A DNA stretch of 64,000 nt, taken from assembly GCA_045633625.1 (NCBI GenBank), contig JAZQYP010000065.1:21076-85075 (forward strand), read 5' to 3'. A program made the position numbers and the translations under genes. How positions within the stretch are numbered: position 1 is the first letter of the stretch; every line of letters starts with the position of its first letter. Positions 18,101 to 25,701 of the stretch are shown piece by piece. The notes beneath the pieces are model-generated. The model did not search any database and was not told the origin of the DNA. It saw only the letters and a program-made list of their open reading frames with translations. Source of the stretch: Eubacteriales bacterium. GTDB taxonomy: Bacteria > Bacillota > Clostridia > Oscillospirales > CAG-272.

Positions 18101-18924
18101 GCGCAAATACCGGATATGACATTCAGTCTGTAAAGGTTATTACCTATGCAGCTAACGGAACACCTACCGAGGTAGAGGTTTCTGACTATGTTGTTTCTTC
18201 CGTAGGTTCTTGGTGGGATGACAGTTCGAGAAACGTTAATACTGTTGAGTTCATCATCAGCCGTAGCGCTCTTGCAGCGTATGCAGGTATTGATAGCTTC
18301 AGCACTGTAGGTCTTAGAGGTTACTCCTTCTCGCAGCAGTCTGATCCTAACGACGGTTGGGCATCTAAGCCTGCAGCATCTATGTACGCAACCTATGGCG
18401 AGGGCTACCACACAATTGATCTCTTTGATCCTCACACATGTAAGACAGAGACTTGGGATGACATAACAGCTATTATACACCGTGGAAGTTGTGATATTTG
18501 CGGTGCGACGATAGAAGAAAATCATACCTTCGGAAGAGAGAGAACTCTCGTAGAGGCTACTTGCGTTGCGGGCGGCAGAATTGCAAAGACATGTACCATT
18601 TGTAGTTACGTATACAACAGAGCTACTGAGCCTAACCCCGATGCACACAACTACGTTGACGGCGTATGCACACTTTGTGAGGCGGCTGATCCCGAGGCAG
18701 AGACAACTCCTGTTGAGACAGAGCCTGCTGAGACAGAGCCTGTTGTAACAACTCCTGTTGAGACAAAGCCTGTTGAGACAACTCCCACAGAGACAACTCC
18801 TGTTGAGACAACTCCCGTTGTTGAGGAGGAGAAGGGTTGCGGATCTTCGATCGCAGCTCTCGCAGTTGCTCTCGTAGCTACTCTTGGAACTTGCGTAGTA
18901 TTCGCAGGCAAGAAGAGAGACTAA
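15133..18924 (+). CDS. GCG-tail surface protein paralog 1 of 7 (five modules + Cys/His-rich region + repeat linker + C-terminal TM tail)
   Basis: 1263 aa. Signal peptide MKKLISIVLVAMMLLSVLPLATFA. Five modules each open with ..P.(V/A)DG.I...EY (aa ~38, 258, 465, 691, 896). The Cys/His region spans aa 1101-1184. The linker repeats are PVETx. The tail is GCGSSIAALAVALVATLGTCVVFAGKKRD. Confidence 0.9.
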   Translation: MKKLISIVLVAMMLLSVLPLATFADEYYAGAAATTAPTADGTITAGEYLYSTNVLSNVTEKGDQGNGWIAYTHNPGSDYYFREGHSAQIFVGYDADYIYVALKVVDALDHPQMVIDINADPTSKETLYVLYSARSNAEHAKTAKRVTDTQVSTDLAWDDVIAASGASTAANGAMYDGVLELKIKRSAISDTAFDTIGLRVGVCTGGSGFYGEAYWGDDPTTSTIPYKVSGGWWLEQAGMHTLKLSEESGAPAPAPVSPTVDGVITAGEYDVTRTADIAEDTADYDWVADDTICAVDAPYSYGARKISYHYSVYGDYLYVAAVLETTGTSMLARFGISADESALAYSGAKMNQINPNGSTSKGADTTWEYEEAAATTTAEGGINTYVYEGKVALADLGTDLTTVYVKARVYTSGDGCINYNDVIVVNEPESDTESDTETEPAPTYDPYDLGEYGQITNYLGTASTPTVDGSVADGEYGWSASTTITDNVAAGSGFLVNEYGADSVTGVDLYAAYDANYIYLTAIISDAEPVGNDFCYFDVAVGNSMKTNNLDIYMPKYGIGALKGNTEVWLNGARADEYVASAVGSEANGKLCYEIALDRAKLETLAGESFDKFFFSFQYYLFAKTERGIFYGFEASELAGVVETATKYPVYSHVMVLGEESGSDTEAPAGEPIDLTQYGQHVIDLTEKNTPTVDGTIDSDEYKYSEGVATSTTIWGSDDIQATTYYFSYDEENLYIAAYVKDGAEHKEWQTGLFITVGGDPTDIDDAWRIFLTKAQGSAIEHWEIVDGVWGSNLFNSTDKGYKFRQSNVGSEYVYEIALNREDWGLTGDRVFFTAAVNSAAGSDFYGFANAELAGVYTHLQKITNFGTDYYVYPHMIKFSAVEPEPEPPVDIPDAVPADGLISENEYGWTSGSYDRNTEVPGEFYVITPHSDTVNHHAQWWLDYDAHYLYVAYKERSGYNTTARIDLSPNANADGKVSIEFSFDRVTANGANTGYDIQSVKVITYAANGTPTEVEVSDYVVSSVGSWWDDSSRNVNTVEFIISRSALAAYAGIDSFSTVGLRGYSFSQQSDPNDGWASKPAASMYATYGEGYHTIDLFDPHTCKTETWDDITAIIHRGSCDICGATIEENHTFGRERTLVEATCVAGGRIAKTCTICSYVYNRATEPNPDAHNYVDGVCTLCEAADPEAETTPVETEPAETEPVVTTPVETKPVETTPTETTPVETTPVVEEEKGCGSSIAALAVALVATLGTCVVFAGKKRD
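18706..18825 (+). repeat. 8 x 15-bp in-frame tandem repeat (T-P-V-E-T linker)
   Basis: ACTCCTGTTGAGACA and variants repeat head to tail inside array gene 1. Confidence 0.85.
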
Positions 18925-18952
18925 TTCGGAACTAACTGAATAAATACCTTAA

Positions 18953-18978
18953 GGGCGGCTCTTTGAGCCGCCCTTTTT
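18953..18978 (+). terminator. rho-independent terminator, array gene 1
   Basis: GGGCGGCTC-ttt-GAGCCGCCC plus T5. Confidence 0.85.
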
Positions 18979-19175
18979 GTGCGCTTTGTGTCGCGCGAGA
19001 GGGAATATGGCGAATGTATCACAAAATTTGCGTGGGATGGATGATATATGCTGATAAAGATCAATAGGGTGGCGTCCGGGCGCGTATATATATAATAAAT
19101 GAAGACTTTTGTATGCGGATGTGTGTCATTTTCAAAAAAGTGATATTTTTAATTGCTTTGACGGTCTTCTTATGC

Positions 19176-19204
19176 TTGACTTATCAATTTTGATGTGGTA
19201 AAAT
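19176..19204 (+). promoter_or_regulatory. promoter of array gene 2
   Basis: TTGACT (19176..19181), a 17-nt spacer, then TGgTAAAAT (19196..19204). Confidence 0.5.
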
Positions 19205-19254
19205 ATAATTGCAAGGATATTTTTATTCAAAATAAACAAAGAGAGGTAATTAAA

Positions 19255-20856
19255 ATGAAAAAAATCATTTCCATTATGCTTTGCGTATTTATGCTCCTTA
19301 GTGTAACGGCAGTTACCGCGTTTGCAGAGGACGAGGCAGTTGACAATTCGACTATCGACCTTACTACAAACGTCTCCGTTGCACCCGTTCTCGACGGTGT
19401 TATAAGCGATGGCGAGTATACCTACAACCACGGCGGAGAGCTCACAGGGGATATTCTCTGGGAATCCTTTGATGCTGATGGCATTCTTATTGGTGTTGAC
19501 ACGCCCTATACTGCAGGCTACCGCAGTGCAAAGTGGGCACTTGCTATTGACGACGACTATTTTTACGTCGCAATGGAGGTTAACAAGGTAGACGGTGCTG
19601 TTCCTCAGGCAGAATTTATGATCATGCGTAATAAGGTAGGACACCCCAACGACAGCTATGCCTTCAGAAATATAATCAAAGCTGACGGTACAACTGTAAA
19701 GGAAGCAAATGCAATATTCGGATTCGGTACAAACGATGCAACTGCTACAAATAACGGCGATACATACGTTTACGAGGGAAGAATCGCGCGCTCCGAGCTT
19801 GGACTTTCTGCTGATACTATTCACTTTATGAGCCGCGTATATTCTGACGACGGTGAGTGGGGAAGCTTCCTCCTCTTCGGATATGACGCTGAGTCTATGG
19901 CGATCAAGGTCACACCCTTGGCAGATGCGGCTGACGAGCCCGCTAAGGAATATTCAATAATGGATCTTGAGGCGTTTGGTCAGGCACACTGGGTCATCGC
20001 AGGCAAGGCCGAGGATGCTCCCATTGCCGACGGTATCGTTGAGGACGGCGAGTACACTCTTGTTGTAAAGGATATGGTGCCCGCTAACGATGATGCTGAT
20101 GACAGATTCTTCTGCATCGACCCTCAGGGACTTGACGTTGAGAACTTCAACCTCTACCTCAGCTATGATGACGATTACATCTACATAGGCGCCGAGGTTA
20201 TTGAGGACGAGATACTCGCTGGTGAGAACATCACCTTCCGTTTCGGTCTTGATCAGTACAACTTCGAGAAGAGAATAAACATAAAGTTTACTCACGGCGG
20301 TGCTCCTGAGAGTGACAATGCCGAGGCATTTGCTACAGAGCTTATCGACGGTGGAATCTCCTACGAGATCGTTATCAAGAGAACGGCTATGACCGATTAT
20401 CTTGGCTATGAGAGCAACGACGACATCAAGGAGTTCGCTCTTCAGATCGTAATGGGTGATGACCGTGATGAGGTTAACCATCCTGAGCTTTGGCCTGAGA
20501 TGTGGTTCGGCTGTGCTGTTCCCGGCGGCTTTGAGGGACTTGCAAGCAGCGCAGAGGCAGCAGAGTCTGAGGGTAAGCTTTGGGGCTTTATGGGACACCG
20601 TATGCCTCACGTAATGGTTCTCGGTGACGTTTCTGATGCTCCCGCAACAGAGCCCGCAGAGACCGAGCCTGCAGAGACTGAGCCCGCAGATACCGAGCCC
20701 GCAGAGACAACTCCCACAGAGAGTGCTCCTGCAGACACAACCGCACCCGACGCTCCCGCTGAAGAGAGCGGATGCGGCGCATCGGTTGCAGCAGTGGCTA
20801 TCGCTCTCGTTGCGGTACTTGGCACTTGCACAGTATTCGTAAATAAGAGAAGATAA
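19255..20856 (+). CDS. GCG-tail surface protein paralog 2 of 7 (module order B-A)
   Basis: The track start at 19195 is trimmed to the ATG at 19255 (GAGAGG RBS). Signal peptide MKKIISIMLCVFMLLSVTAVTAFA. A B-type module (VAPVLDGVISDGEYT) is followed by an A-type module (FGQAHWVIAGKAEDAPIADGIVEDGEYTL). The linker is AETEP. The tail is GCGASVAAVAIALVAVLGTCTVFVNKRR. Confidence 0.9.
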   Translation: MKKIISIMLCVFMLLSVTAVTAFAEDEAVDNSTIDLTTNVSVAPVLDGVISDGEYTYNHGGELTGDILWESFDADGILIGVDTPYTAGYRSAKWALAIDDDYFYVAMEVNKVDGAVPQAEFMIMRNKVGHPNDSYAFRNIIKADGTTVKEANAIFGFGTNDATATNNGDTYVYEGRIARSELGLSADTIHFMSRVYSDDGEWGSFLLFGYDAESMAIKVTPLADAADEPAKEYSIMDLEAFGQAHWVIAGKAEDAPIADGIVEDGEYTLVVKDMVPANDDADDRFFCIDPQGLDVENFNLYLSYDDDYIYIGAEVIEDEILAGENITFRFGLDQYNFEKRINIKFTHGGAPESDNAEAFATELIDGGISYEIVIKRTAMTDYLGYESNDDIKEFALQIVMGDDRDEVNHPELWPEMWFGCAVPGGFEGLASSAEAAESEGKLWGFMGHRMPHVMVLGDVSDAPATEPAETEPAETEPADTEPAETTPTESAPADTTAPDAPAEESGCGASVAAVAIALVAVLGTCTVFVNKRR

Positions 20857-20866
20857 AAATAATTCA

Positions 20867-20892
20867 GGGCGACTCAATGAGTCGCCCTTTTT
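20867..20892 (+). terminator. rho-independent terminator, array gene 2
   Basis: GGGCGACTC-aat-GAGTCGCCC plus T5. Confidence 0.85.
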
Positions 20893-20945
20893 GTGTGTTT
20901 TAGTCGAAAAATTTTCGGTATAATACCCAAAAACAAAACAAAAAG

Positions 20946-21002
20946 ATTGGTTAGTTTGAAGGGCTAAAAAGCCTTGATTTGTTTTCTTATTTATGTTAAA
21001 AT
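20946..21002 (+). promoter_or_regulatory. promoter of array gene 3 with conserved upstream box
   Basis: ATTGGTTAGTTTGA box (20946..20959) starts 28 nt before the -35 TTGATT (20974..20979). A 17-nt spacer precedes TGtTAAAAT (20994..21002). Confidence 0.55.
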
Positions 21003-21050
21003 AATATATCAGATAAAATTATTTATCAAAAATAGAAAAGAGGTAAAAAA

Positions 21051-22013
21051 ATGAAAAAAATTATTTCTATGATGCTTTGCGCTATTATGCTTCTGAGCGT
21101 AATGGCTCTTGCTACCTTTGCTGAGGATTACTCCATAATGGAGCTCCGTGATTTCGGTCAGCAGCACTGGGTTATCGAGGGTAAGGCCGAGGATGCTCCC
21201 ATTGCCGACGGTATTATCGAGGATGGCGAGTATACTCTTGTAGTTGAGGGTATGGATCCTTTCAATGACGACTCTGATGACAGATTCTTCTGTATCGACC
21301 CTCAGGCTCTTGACGTTGAGAACTTCAACCTCTACCTTTCCTACGATGACGAGTATTTGTATGTTGGTGCACGAGTAAAAGAGCCCGAAACGCTTAATGG
21401 TGAGGGAATCAGCTTCTACTTCAGCTGCAACCCCAAGGATATGCACGACGGAATATCTATCAGCTATCAGTTTGGCGGTGCTCCCAACACATCGGAGGCA
21501 GAAGCATTTGCTACCGAGCAGGATGGAGACGAAATAACCTATGAGATCGTTATCAGAAGAACGATGCTCGTCGACTATATGGGCTATGAGGACGTTGACG
21601 ATATCAAGGAGTTTGCACTTCTTATCGTTATGGGTGACGACCGCGATCCTGAGAATTTCCCCGATCTTTGGCCCGAGATGTGGTTCGGATGTGCTGTTTC
21701 CGGCGACTATGAGGGACTTGCAAGCAGTCAGGAGGCTGCGGCGGCTGAGGGTAAGATCTATGGAAGAGCAAAGACCCGTTTCCCCCACGTAATGATCCTT
21801 GGTGATGCTCCTGCAGAGACCGAGCTTGCAGAGACAACTCCCGCAGAGACAACTCCCGCGGAGACAACCCCCGCAGAGACCGAGCCCGCAGATACAACTA
21901 CCCCCGATGCTCCCGTAGCAGAGAACGGATGCGGCGCATCTATAGCGGCAGTTGCAGTAGCACTTGTTGCAGTACTTGGCACTTGCACGGTATTCGTAAA
22001 TAAGAGAAGATAA
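21051..22013 (+). CDS. GCG-tail surface protein paralog 3 of 7 (single A-type module)
   Basis: 320 aa, with signal peptide, FGQQHWVIEGKAEDAPIADGIIEDGEYTL, FPHVMILGD, an AETTP linker and the tail GCGASIAAVAVALVAVLGTCTVFVNKRR. Confidence 0.9.
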   Translation: MKKIISMMLCAIMLLSVMALATFAEDYSIMELRDFGQQHWVIEGKAEDAPIADGIIEDGEYTLVVEGMDPFNDDSDDRFFCIDPQALDVENFNLYLSYDDEYLYVGARVKEPETLNGEGISFYFSCNPKDMHDGISISYQFGGAPNTSEAEAFATEQDGDEITYEIVIRRTMLVDYMGYEDVDDIKEFALLIVMGDDRDPENFPDLWPEMWFGCAVSGDYEGLASSQEAAAAEGKIYGRAKTRFPHVMILGDAPAETELAETTPAETTPAETTPAETEPADTTTPDAPVAENGCGASIAAVAVALVAVLGTCTVFVNKRR

Positions 22014-22023
22014 AAATAATTCA

Positions 22024-22050
22024 GGGCGACTCATTGAGTCGCCCTTTTTA
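22024..22050 (+). terminator. rho-independent terminator, array gene 3
   Basis: GGGCGACTC-att-GAGTCGCCC plus T5. Confidence 0.85.
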
Positions 22051-22104
22051 TTTTTTTCAAAAAGCAAAAGTTTTGGGAAATGTACCCAAAAACAAAATCG
22101 AAAG

Positions 22105-22161
22105 ATTGGTTAGTTTGAGGTGTCAAAAAGTCTTGATTTGAGCTCCTTTTTGTGTTAAAAT
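22105..22161 (+). promoter_or_regulatory. promoter of array gene 4 with conserved upstream box
   Basis: ATTGGTTAGTTTGA (22105..22118) starts 28 nt before TTGATT (22133..22138). A 17-nt spacer precedes TGtTAAAAT (22153..22161). Confidence 0.55.
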
Positions 22162-22208
22162 AATGTATCAGATAAAATATTTATCAAAAAATAAGAGAGG
22201 TAATAAAA

Positions 22209-23189
22209 ATGAAAAAAATTATTGCAGTTGCGCTTTCTGCGGTAATGCTTTTGAGCGTAATGGCTCTCGGAGTATTTGCAGAGGGTTATTCGTTTTCTGA
22301 TCTTGAGGATTTTGGTCAGCTGTCTTGGGTAATCGAGGGAAAGACTGAGAATGCCCCCATTGCCGACGGTATCATTGAGGAGGGTGAATATACCCTTGAG
22401 GTAAAGGATATGGATCCTTACAATGACGATGCTGATGATAAATTCTTCTGTATTGATCCGCAGGCACTTGACATTGAGAACTTCAGCCTTTATTTCAGCT
22501 ATGATGATGATTATATTTATCTCGGTGCTGAGGTAACAGAGTCCGAGACGCTTGACGGTGAGGCTATTTGTTTCCGTATTTACAGTAACTCCTTCGACAC
22601 GTATGAGGGCATTGAGATAAGCTATGCATACGGCGGCGTACCCAATACATCCGAGGCAGAGGCATTCTGCACAGAAAAGGATGGAGACGTTGTTACATAC
22701 GAGATGGTCATCAGAAGAACGCTTCTTTCCGACTATATCGGTGCTGATGACGTTGATGACGTAAAGGAATTTTTCCTTCTCGTTTGTATGAGTGATGACC
22801 GCGACCAGGAGAATTTCCCTGAGCTTTGGCCTGAGGTGTGGTTTGCATGCAAGACCCCCAGCGGATTTGAGGGAATTGCAAGCGCAAGAGAAGCCGCAGA
22901 GGCAGAGGGTAAGCTTTGGGGACGTGGCCCCAGCCACAACCGTTTCCCCCACGTAATGATCCTTGGTGATGCTCTAGAGACCGAGCCTGCAGATACAACT
23001 CCCGCAGAGACAACTCCTGCAGATACAACACCTGCGCAGACAACTCCCACAGAGAGTGCTCCCGTAGATACAACTACTCCTGATGCTCCCGTAGCAGAGA
23101 GCGGATGCGGCGCATCTGTAGCGGCAGTTGCAGTAGCACTTGTTTCGGCACTTGGACTCTGTGTTACCGTTGTTTCGAAAAAGAGATAA
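22209..23189 (+). CDS. GCG-tail surface protein paralog 4 of 7 (single A-type module)
   Basis: 326 aa, with the same architecture as the others. The tail is GCGASVAAVAVALVSALGLCVTVVSKKR. Confidence 0.9.
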   Translation: MKKIIAVALSAVMLLSVMALGVFAEGYSFSDLEDFGQLSWVIEGKTENAPIADGIIEEGEYTLEVKDMDPYNDDADDKFFCIDPQALDIENFSLYFSYDDDYIYLGAEVTESETLDGEAICFRIYSNSFDTYEGIEISYAYGGVPNTSEAEAFCTEKDGDVVTYEMVIRRTLLSDYIGADDVDDVKEFFLLVCMSDDRDQENFPELWPEVWFACKTPSGFEGIASAREAAEAEGKLWGRGPSHNRFPHVMILGDALETEPADTTPAETTPADTTPAQTTPTESAPVDTTTPDAPVAESGCGASVAAVAVALVSALGLCVTVVSKKR

Positions 23190-23202
23190 TTAAAAACAAA
23201 AA

Positions 23203-23230
23203 GCAAGACAGCACGCTGTCTTGCTTTTTT
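23203..23230 (+). terminator. rho-independent terminator, array gene 4
   Basis: GCAAGACAG-cacg-CTGTCTTGC plus T6. This terminator sequence differs from those of the other cassettes. Confidence 0.85.
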
Positions 23231-23250
23231 GTGCTTATTAGACAAAAAAC

Positions 23251-23307
23251 ATTGTATAGTTTGACGAGAGAGATTTTCTTGAAATTGACGTAATCTCGTG
23301 ATATAAT
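23251..23307 (+). promoter_or_regulatory. promoter of array gene 5 with conserved upstream box
   Basis: ATTGTATAGTTTGA (23251..23264) starts 28 nt before TTGAAA (23279..23284). A 17-nt spacer precedes TGaTATAAT (23299..23307). Confidence 0.5.
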
Positions 23308-23351
23308 TATAGAGGCGATATTTTTATTAAAAAATAAGAGAGGTAATAAAA

Positions 23352-24350
23352 ATGAAAAAAATTATTTCTATTGTGCTTTGTGCAGTAATGCTTATGAGCA
23401 TGATGATGCTTGGAGTATATGCTAATACTTACAAGCTCAATGAATTTGAAGAATTTGGCCAGCAGAAGTGGGTTGTTGAGGGAAAGACTGAGAATGCCCC
23501 CCTTGCCGACGGTATCATTGAGGAGGGTGAGTACACCCTTGAGGTAAAGGATATGGATCCTTACAATGACGATGCAGATGACAGATTCTACTGTATTGAC
23601 CCCTTTGCGCTTGACGTTGAGAATTTCAGCCTTTATTTCAGCTATGATGACGATTACATTTATATCGGTGCCGAGGTAACAGAGTCCGAGACTCTTGACG
23701 GCGAGAAAATAAAGTTCTGGGTCATATACGATTACCACAATGCGCACAACAACGGAATTGCTGTAGAGTACGTATACGGTGGAACTCCTAACACCTCCGA
23801 GGCAGAGGCATTCTGCACCGAACAGGATGGCGACACGATCACCTATGAGCTTATCATCAGAAGAACCCTTCTTTCCGACTATATCGGCGCTGATGACGTT
23901 GATGATGTAAAGGAATTCTTCCTTCTTATGTGCCTGAGCGACGACCGCGACATTGAAAACGCTCCTGACGCATGGCCGGAGATGTGGATCGGTTGTAGAG
24001 TTCCCAAGGGATTTGAGGGAATAGCAACCAGTGGTGAGACTGCTGAGGAAGAGGGCAAGATCTACGGAACAGGTCCTGACCGTAACCGTTTGCCTCACAC
24101 CTTGGTTCTTGGTGATGCTCCCGAGACAGAGCCTGCAGATACAACTCCCGCAGATACCACCCCTGCAGACACAACTCCCGCAGACACAACCCCTGCAGAC
24201 ACAACTCCCACAGAGAGTGCTCCCGCAGATACAGCTACACCCGATGCTCCCGCAGAGGAGGGCGGATGCGGTGCATCTGTAGCGGCAGTGGCTGTTGCAC
24301 TTGTTGCAATGCTTGGCACTTGCACAGTATTTGTAAATAAGAGAAGATAA
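23352..24350 (+). CDS. GCG-tail surface protein paralog 5 of 7 (single A-type module)
   Basis: 332 aa, with the same architecture as the others. The linker is ADTTP x5. The tail is GCGASVAAVAVALVAMLGTCTVFVNKRR. Confidence 0.9.
   Translation: MKKIISIVLCAVMLMSMMMLGVYANTYKLNEFEEFGQQKWVVEGKTENAPLADGIIEEGEYTLEVKDMDPYNDDADDRFYCIDPFALDVENFSLYFSYDDDYIYIGAEVTESETLDGEKIKFWVIYDYHNAHNNGIAVEYVYGGTPNTSEAEAFCTEQDGDTITYELIIRRTLLSDYIGADDVDDVKEFFLLMCLSDDRDIENAPDAWPEMWIGCRVPKGFEGIATSGETAEEEGKIYGTGPDRNRLPHTLVLGDAPETEPADTTPADTTPADTTPADTTPADTTPTESAPADTATPDAPAEEGGCGASVAAVAVALVAMLGTCTVFVNKRR
24135..24209 (+). repeat. 5 x 15-bp in-frame tandem repeat (A-D-T-T-P linker)
   Basis: GCAGAyACmACyCCy repeats head to tail inside array gene 5. 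Confidence 0.85.
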
Positions 24351-24360
24351 AAATGAATTT

Positions 24361-24386
24361 GGGCGGCTCACCGAGCCGCCCTTTTT
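24361..24386 (+). terminator. rho-independent terminator, array gene 5
   Basis: GGGCGGCTC-acc-GAGCCGCCC plus T5. Confidence 0.85.
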
Positions 24387-24426
24387 GCTTTATATTAGGT
24401 AATATACACAAAAATAAAACAAAAAA

Positions 24427-24483
24427 ATTGTTTAGTTTGAAGGGCAATAAAGCCTTGATTTGTACACTTTATTGTGGTAAAAT
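24427..24483 (+). promoter_or_regulatory. promoter of array gene 6 with conserved upstream box
   Basis: ATTGTTTAGTTTGA (24427..24440) starts 28 nt before TTGATT (24455..24460). A 17-nt spacer precedes TGgTAAAAT (24475..24483). Confidence 0.55.
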
Positions 24484-24533
24484 ATGAATATGGATAATTT
24501 TATTATTCAAAATAACAAAAAGAGGTAACGAAA

Positions 24534-25526
24534 ATGAAAAAAATTATTTCTATGATGCTTTGCGCTCTTATGCTTCTGAGCGTAATGACTCTTTCCGCTT
24601 TTGCTGAGGACTATACTTTAGCAGAGCTTAAGGATTACGGTCAGCACGTAATTACACTTACTGAAAATACACTGCCTATCCTTGACGGTGTTATCGATGA
24701 TGGTGAGTATGCTTACTCTGAGAGCGTTTCAAAAGAGACAACCATTTACGGCACAGACAATATTACCGCTACAACCTACCACTTCTCGTATGATGAAGAG
24801 TTTCTTTACGTTGCCGGCGTTGTCAACGATGCAAGTGAGCACGTAAATTACGTAAATGCTCTTTGGCTCTACATTAGCGGAGATGTTACCGATCTCGACA
24901 ACGCATGGAGAATCTACATGACAAAAATGAACCGTGATAACGTAGAGCACTGGAAGATCGTTGATAGCATTTCCTCTTCGAATATGTGGAATCCTATCGA
25001 TTCGAAGAACCCCAGCGGCTACACTCACGGTCTTGCAGATAAGTACTATGAGTTCTGCCAGAACTTTGTAGACGGCGTTTATACTTACGAGATCGCTCTT
25101 GACCGTGAGGATTGGGGCTTGACAGGCGATAAGATGTTCATCGCTCTTGGTGCTGCATCGTCTGACGGAACGGACGTTTACGGATTTAAGAATGAAGAGC
25201 TTTTCAACATTTCGGCAGGTCTTAATTCTAACTCTAATGACTTTAATTACGGTGTATATATGCACCTTCTTGAGTTTGCAGCAGACGGTGCTGTTGAGAC
25301 AGAGCCCGCAGAGACTGAGCCTGCAGAGACTGAGCCCGCAGAGACAGAGCCCGCTGAGACTGAGCCTGCAGAGACTGAGCCTGCAGAGACAACTCCTGTA
25401 GAGACTGAGCCCGCAGAGACTGAGCCCGTAGCAGAGGGTGGATGTGGCGCATCTGTAGCAGCAGTAGCAGTTGCACTTGTTGCAATGCTCGGCACTTGCG
25501 TAGCGTTCGTAAATAAGAGAAGATAA
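24534..25526 (+). CDS. GCG-tail surface protein paralog 6 of 7 (single module related to module 4 of paralog 1)
   Basis: 330 aa. YGQHVITLTENTLPILDGVIDDGEYAYSE...TTYHFSYDEEFLYVA parallels paralog 1 aa ~677-738. The linker is ETEPA x9. The tail is GCGASVAAVAVALVAMLGTCVAFVNKRR. Confidence 0.9.
   Translation: MKKIISMMLCALMLLSVMTLSAFAEDYTLAELKDYGQHVITLTENTLPILDGVIDDGEYAYSESVSKETTIYGTDNITATTYHFSYDEEFLYVAGVVNDASEHVNYVNALWLYISGDVTDLDNAWRIYMTKMNRDNVEHWKIVDSISSSNMWNPIDSKNPSGYTHGLADKYYEFCQNFVDGVYTYEIALDREDWGLTGDKMFIALGAASSDGTDVYGFKNEELFNISAGLNSNSNDFNYGVYMHLLEFAADGAVETEPAETEPAETEPAETEPAETEPAETEPAETTPVETEPAETEPVAEGGCGASVAAVAVALVAMLGTCVAFVNKRR
25296..25430 (+). repeat. 9 x 15-bp in-frame tandem repeat (E-T-E-P-A linker)
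   Basis: GAGACwGAGCCyGCw repeats nine times head to tail inside array gene 6. Confidence 0.9.
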
Positions 25527-25538
25527 AAAAACGATTTA

Positions 25539-25565
25539 GGGCGGCTTATCGAGCCGCCCTTTTTT
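25539..25565 (+). terminator. rho-independent terminator, array gene 6
   Basis: GGGCGGCT-tatcg-AGCCGCCC plus T-run. Confidence 0.85.
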
Positions 25566-25701
25566 GTATAAATTTGTACACAAAATGTATAAAGAAAAAT
25601 TTTCGGGCTTAAATCTATTGCTTTGTTTGGTAAAATATGATAAAATACGAATATAACAAGCCCAAAGGTTAGTTAATTTTTTTGAAAAAGAGGTAAGCAA
25701 A

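Noticed and set aside
16168-24371. Long minus-strand ORFs inside the paralog array: 16168..17175, 17263..18648, 19132..19824, 19954..20877, 21009..22067, 22155..22952 and 23307..24371.
   Set aside because: Each mirrors a plus-strand gene that has a signal peptide, RBS, promoter and terminator. The antisense translations are Cys/Ser/Leu-rich nonsense, and their similarity to each other only reflects the sense-strand paralogy.
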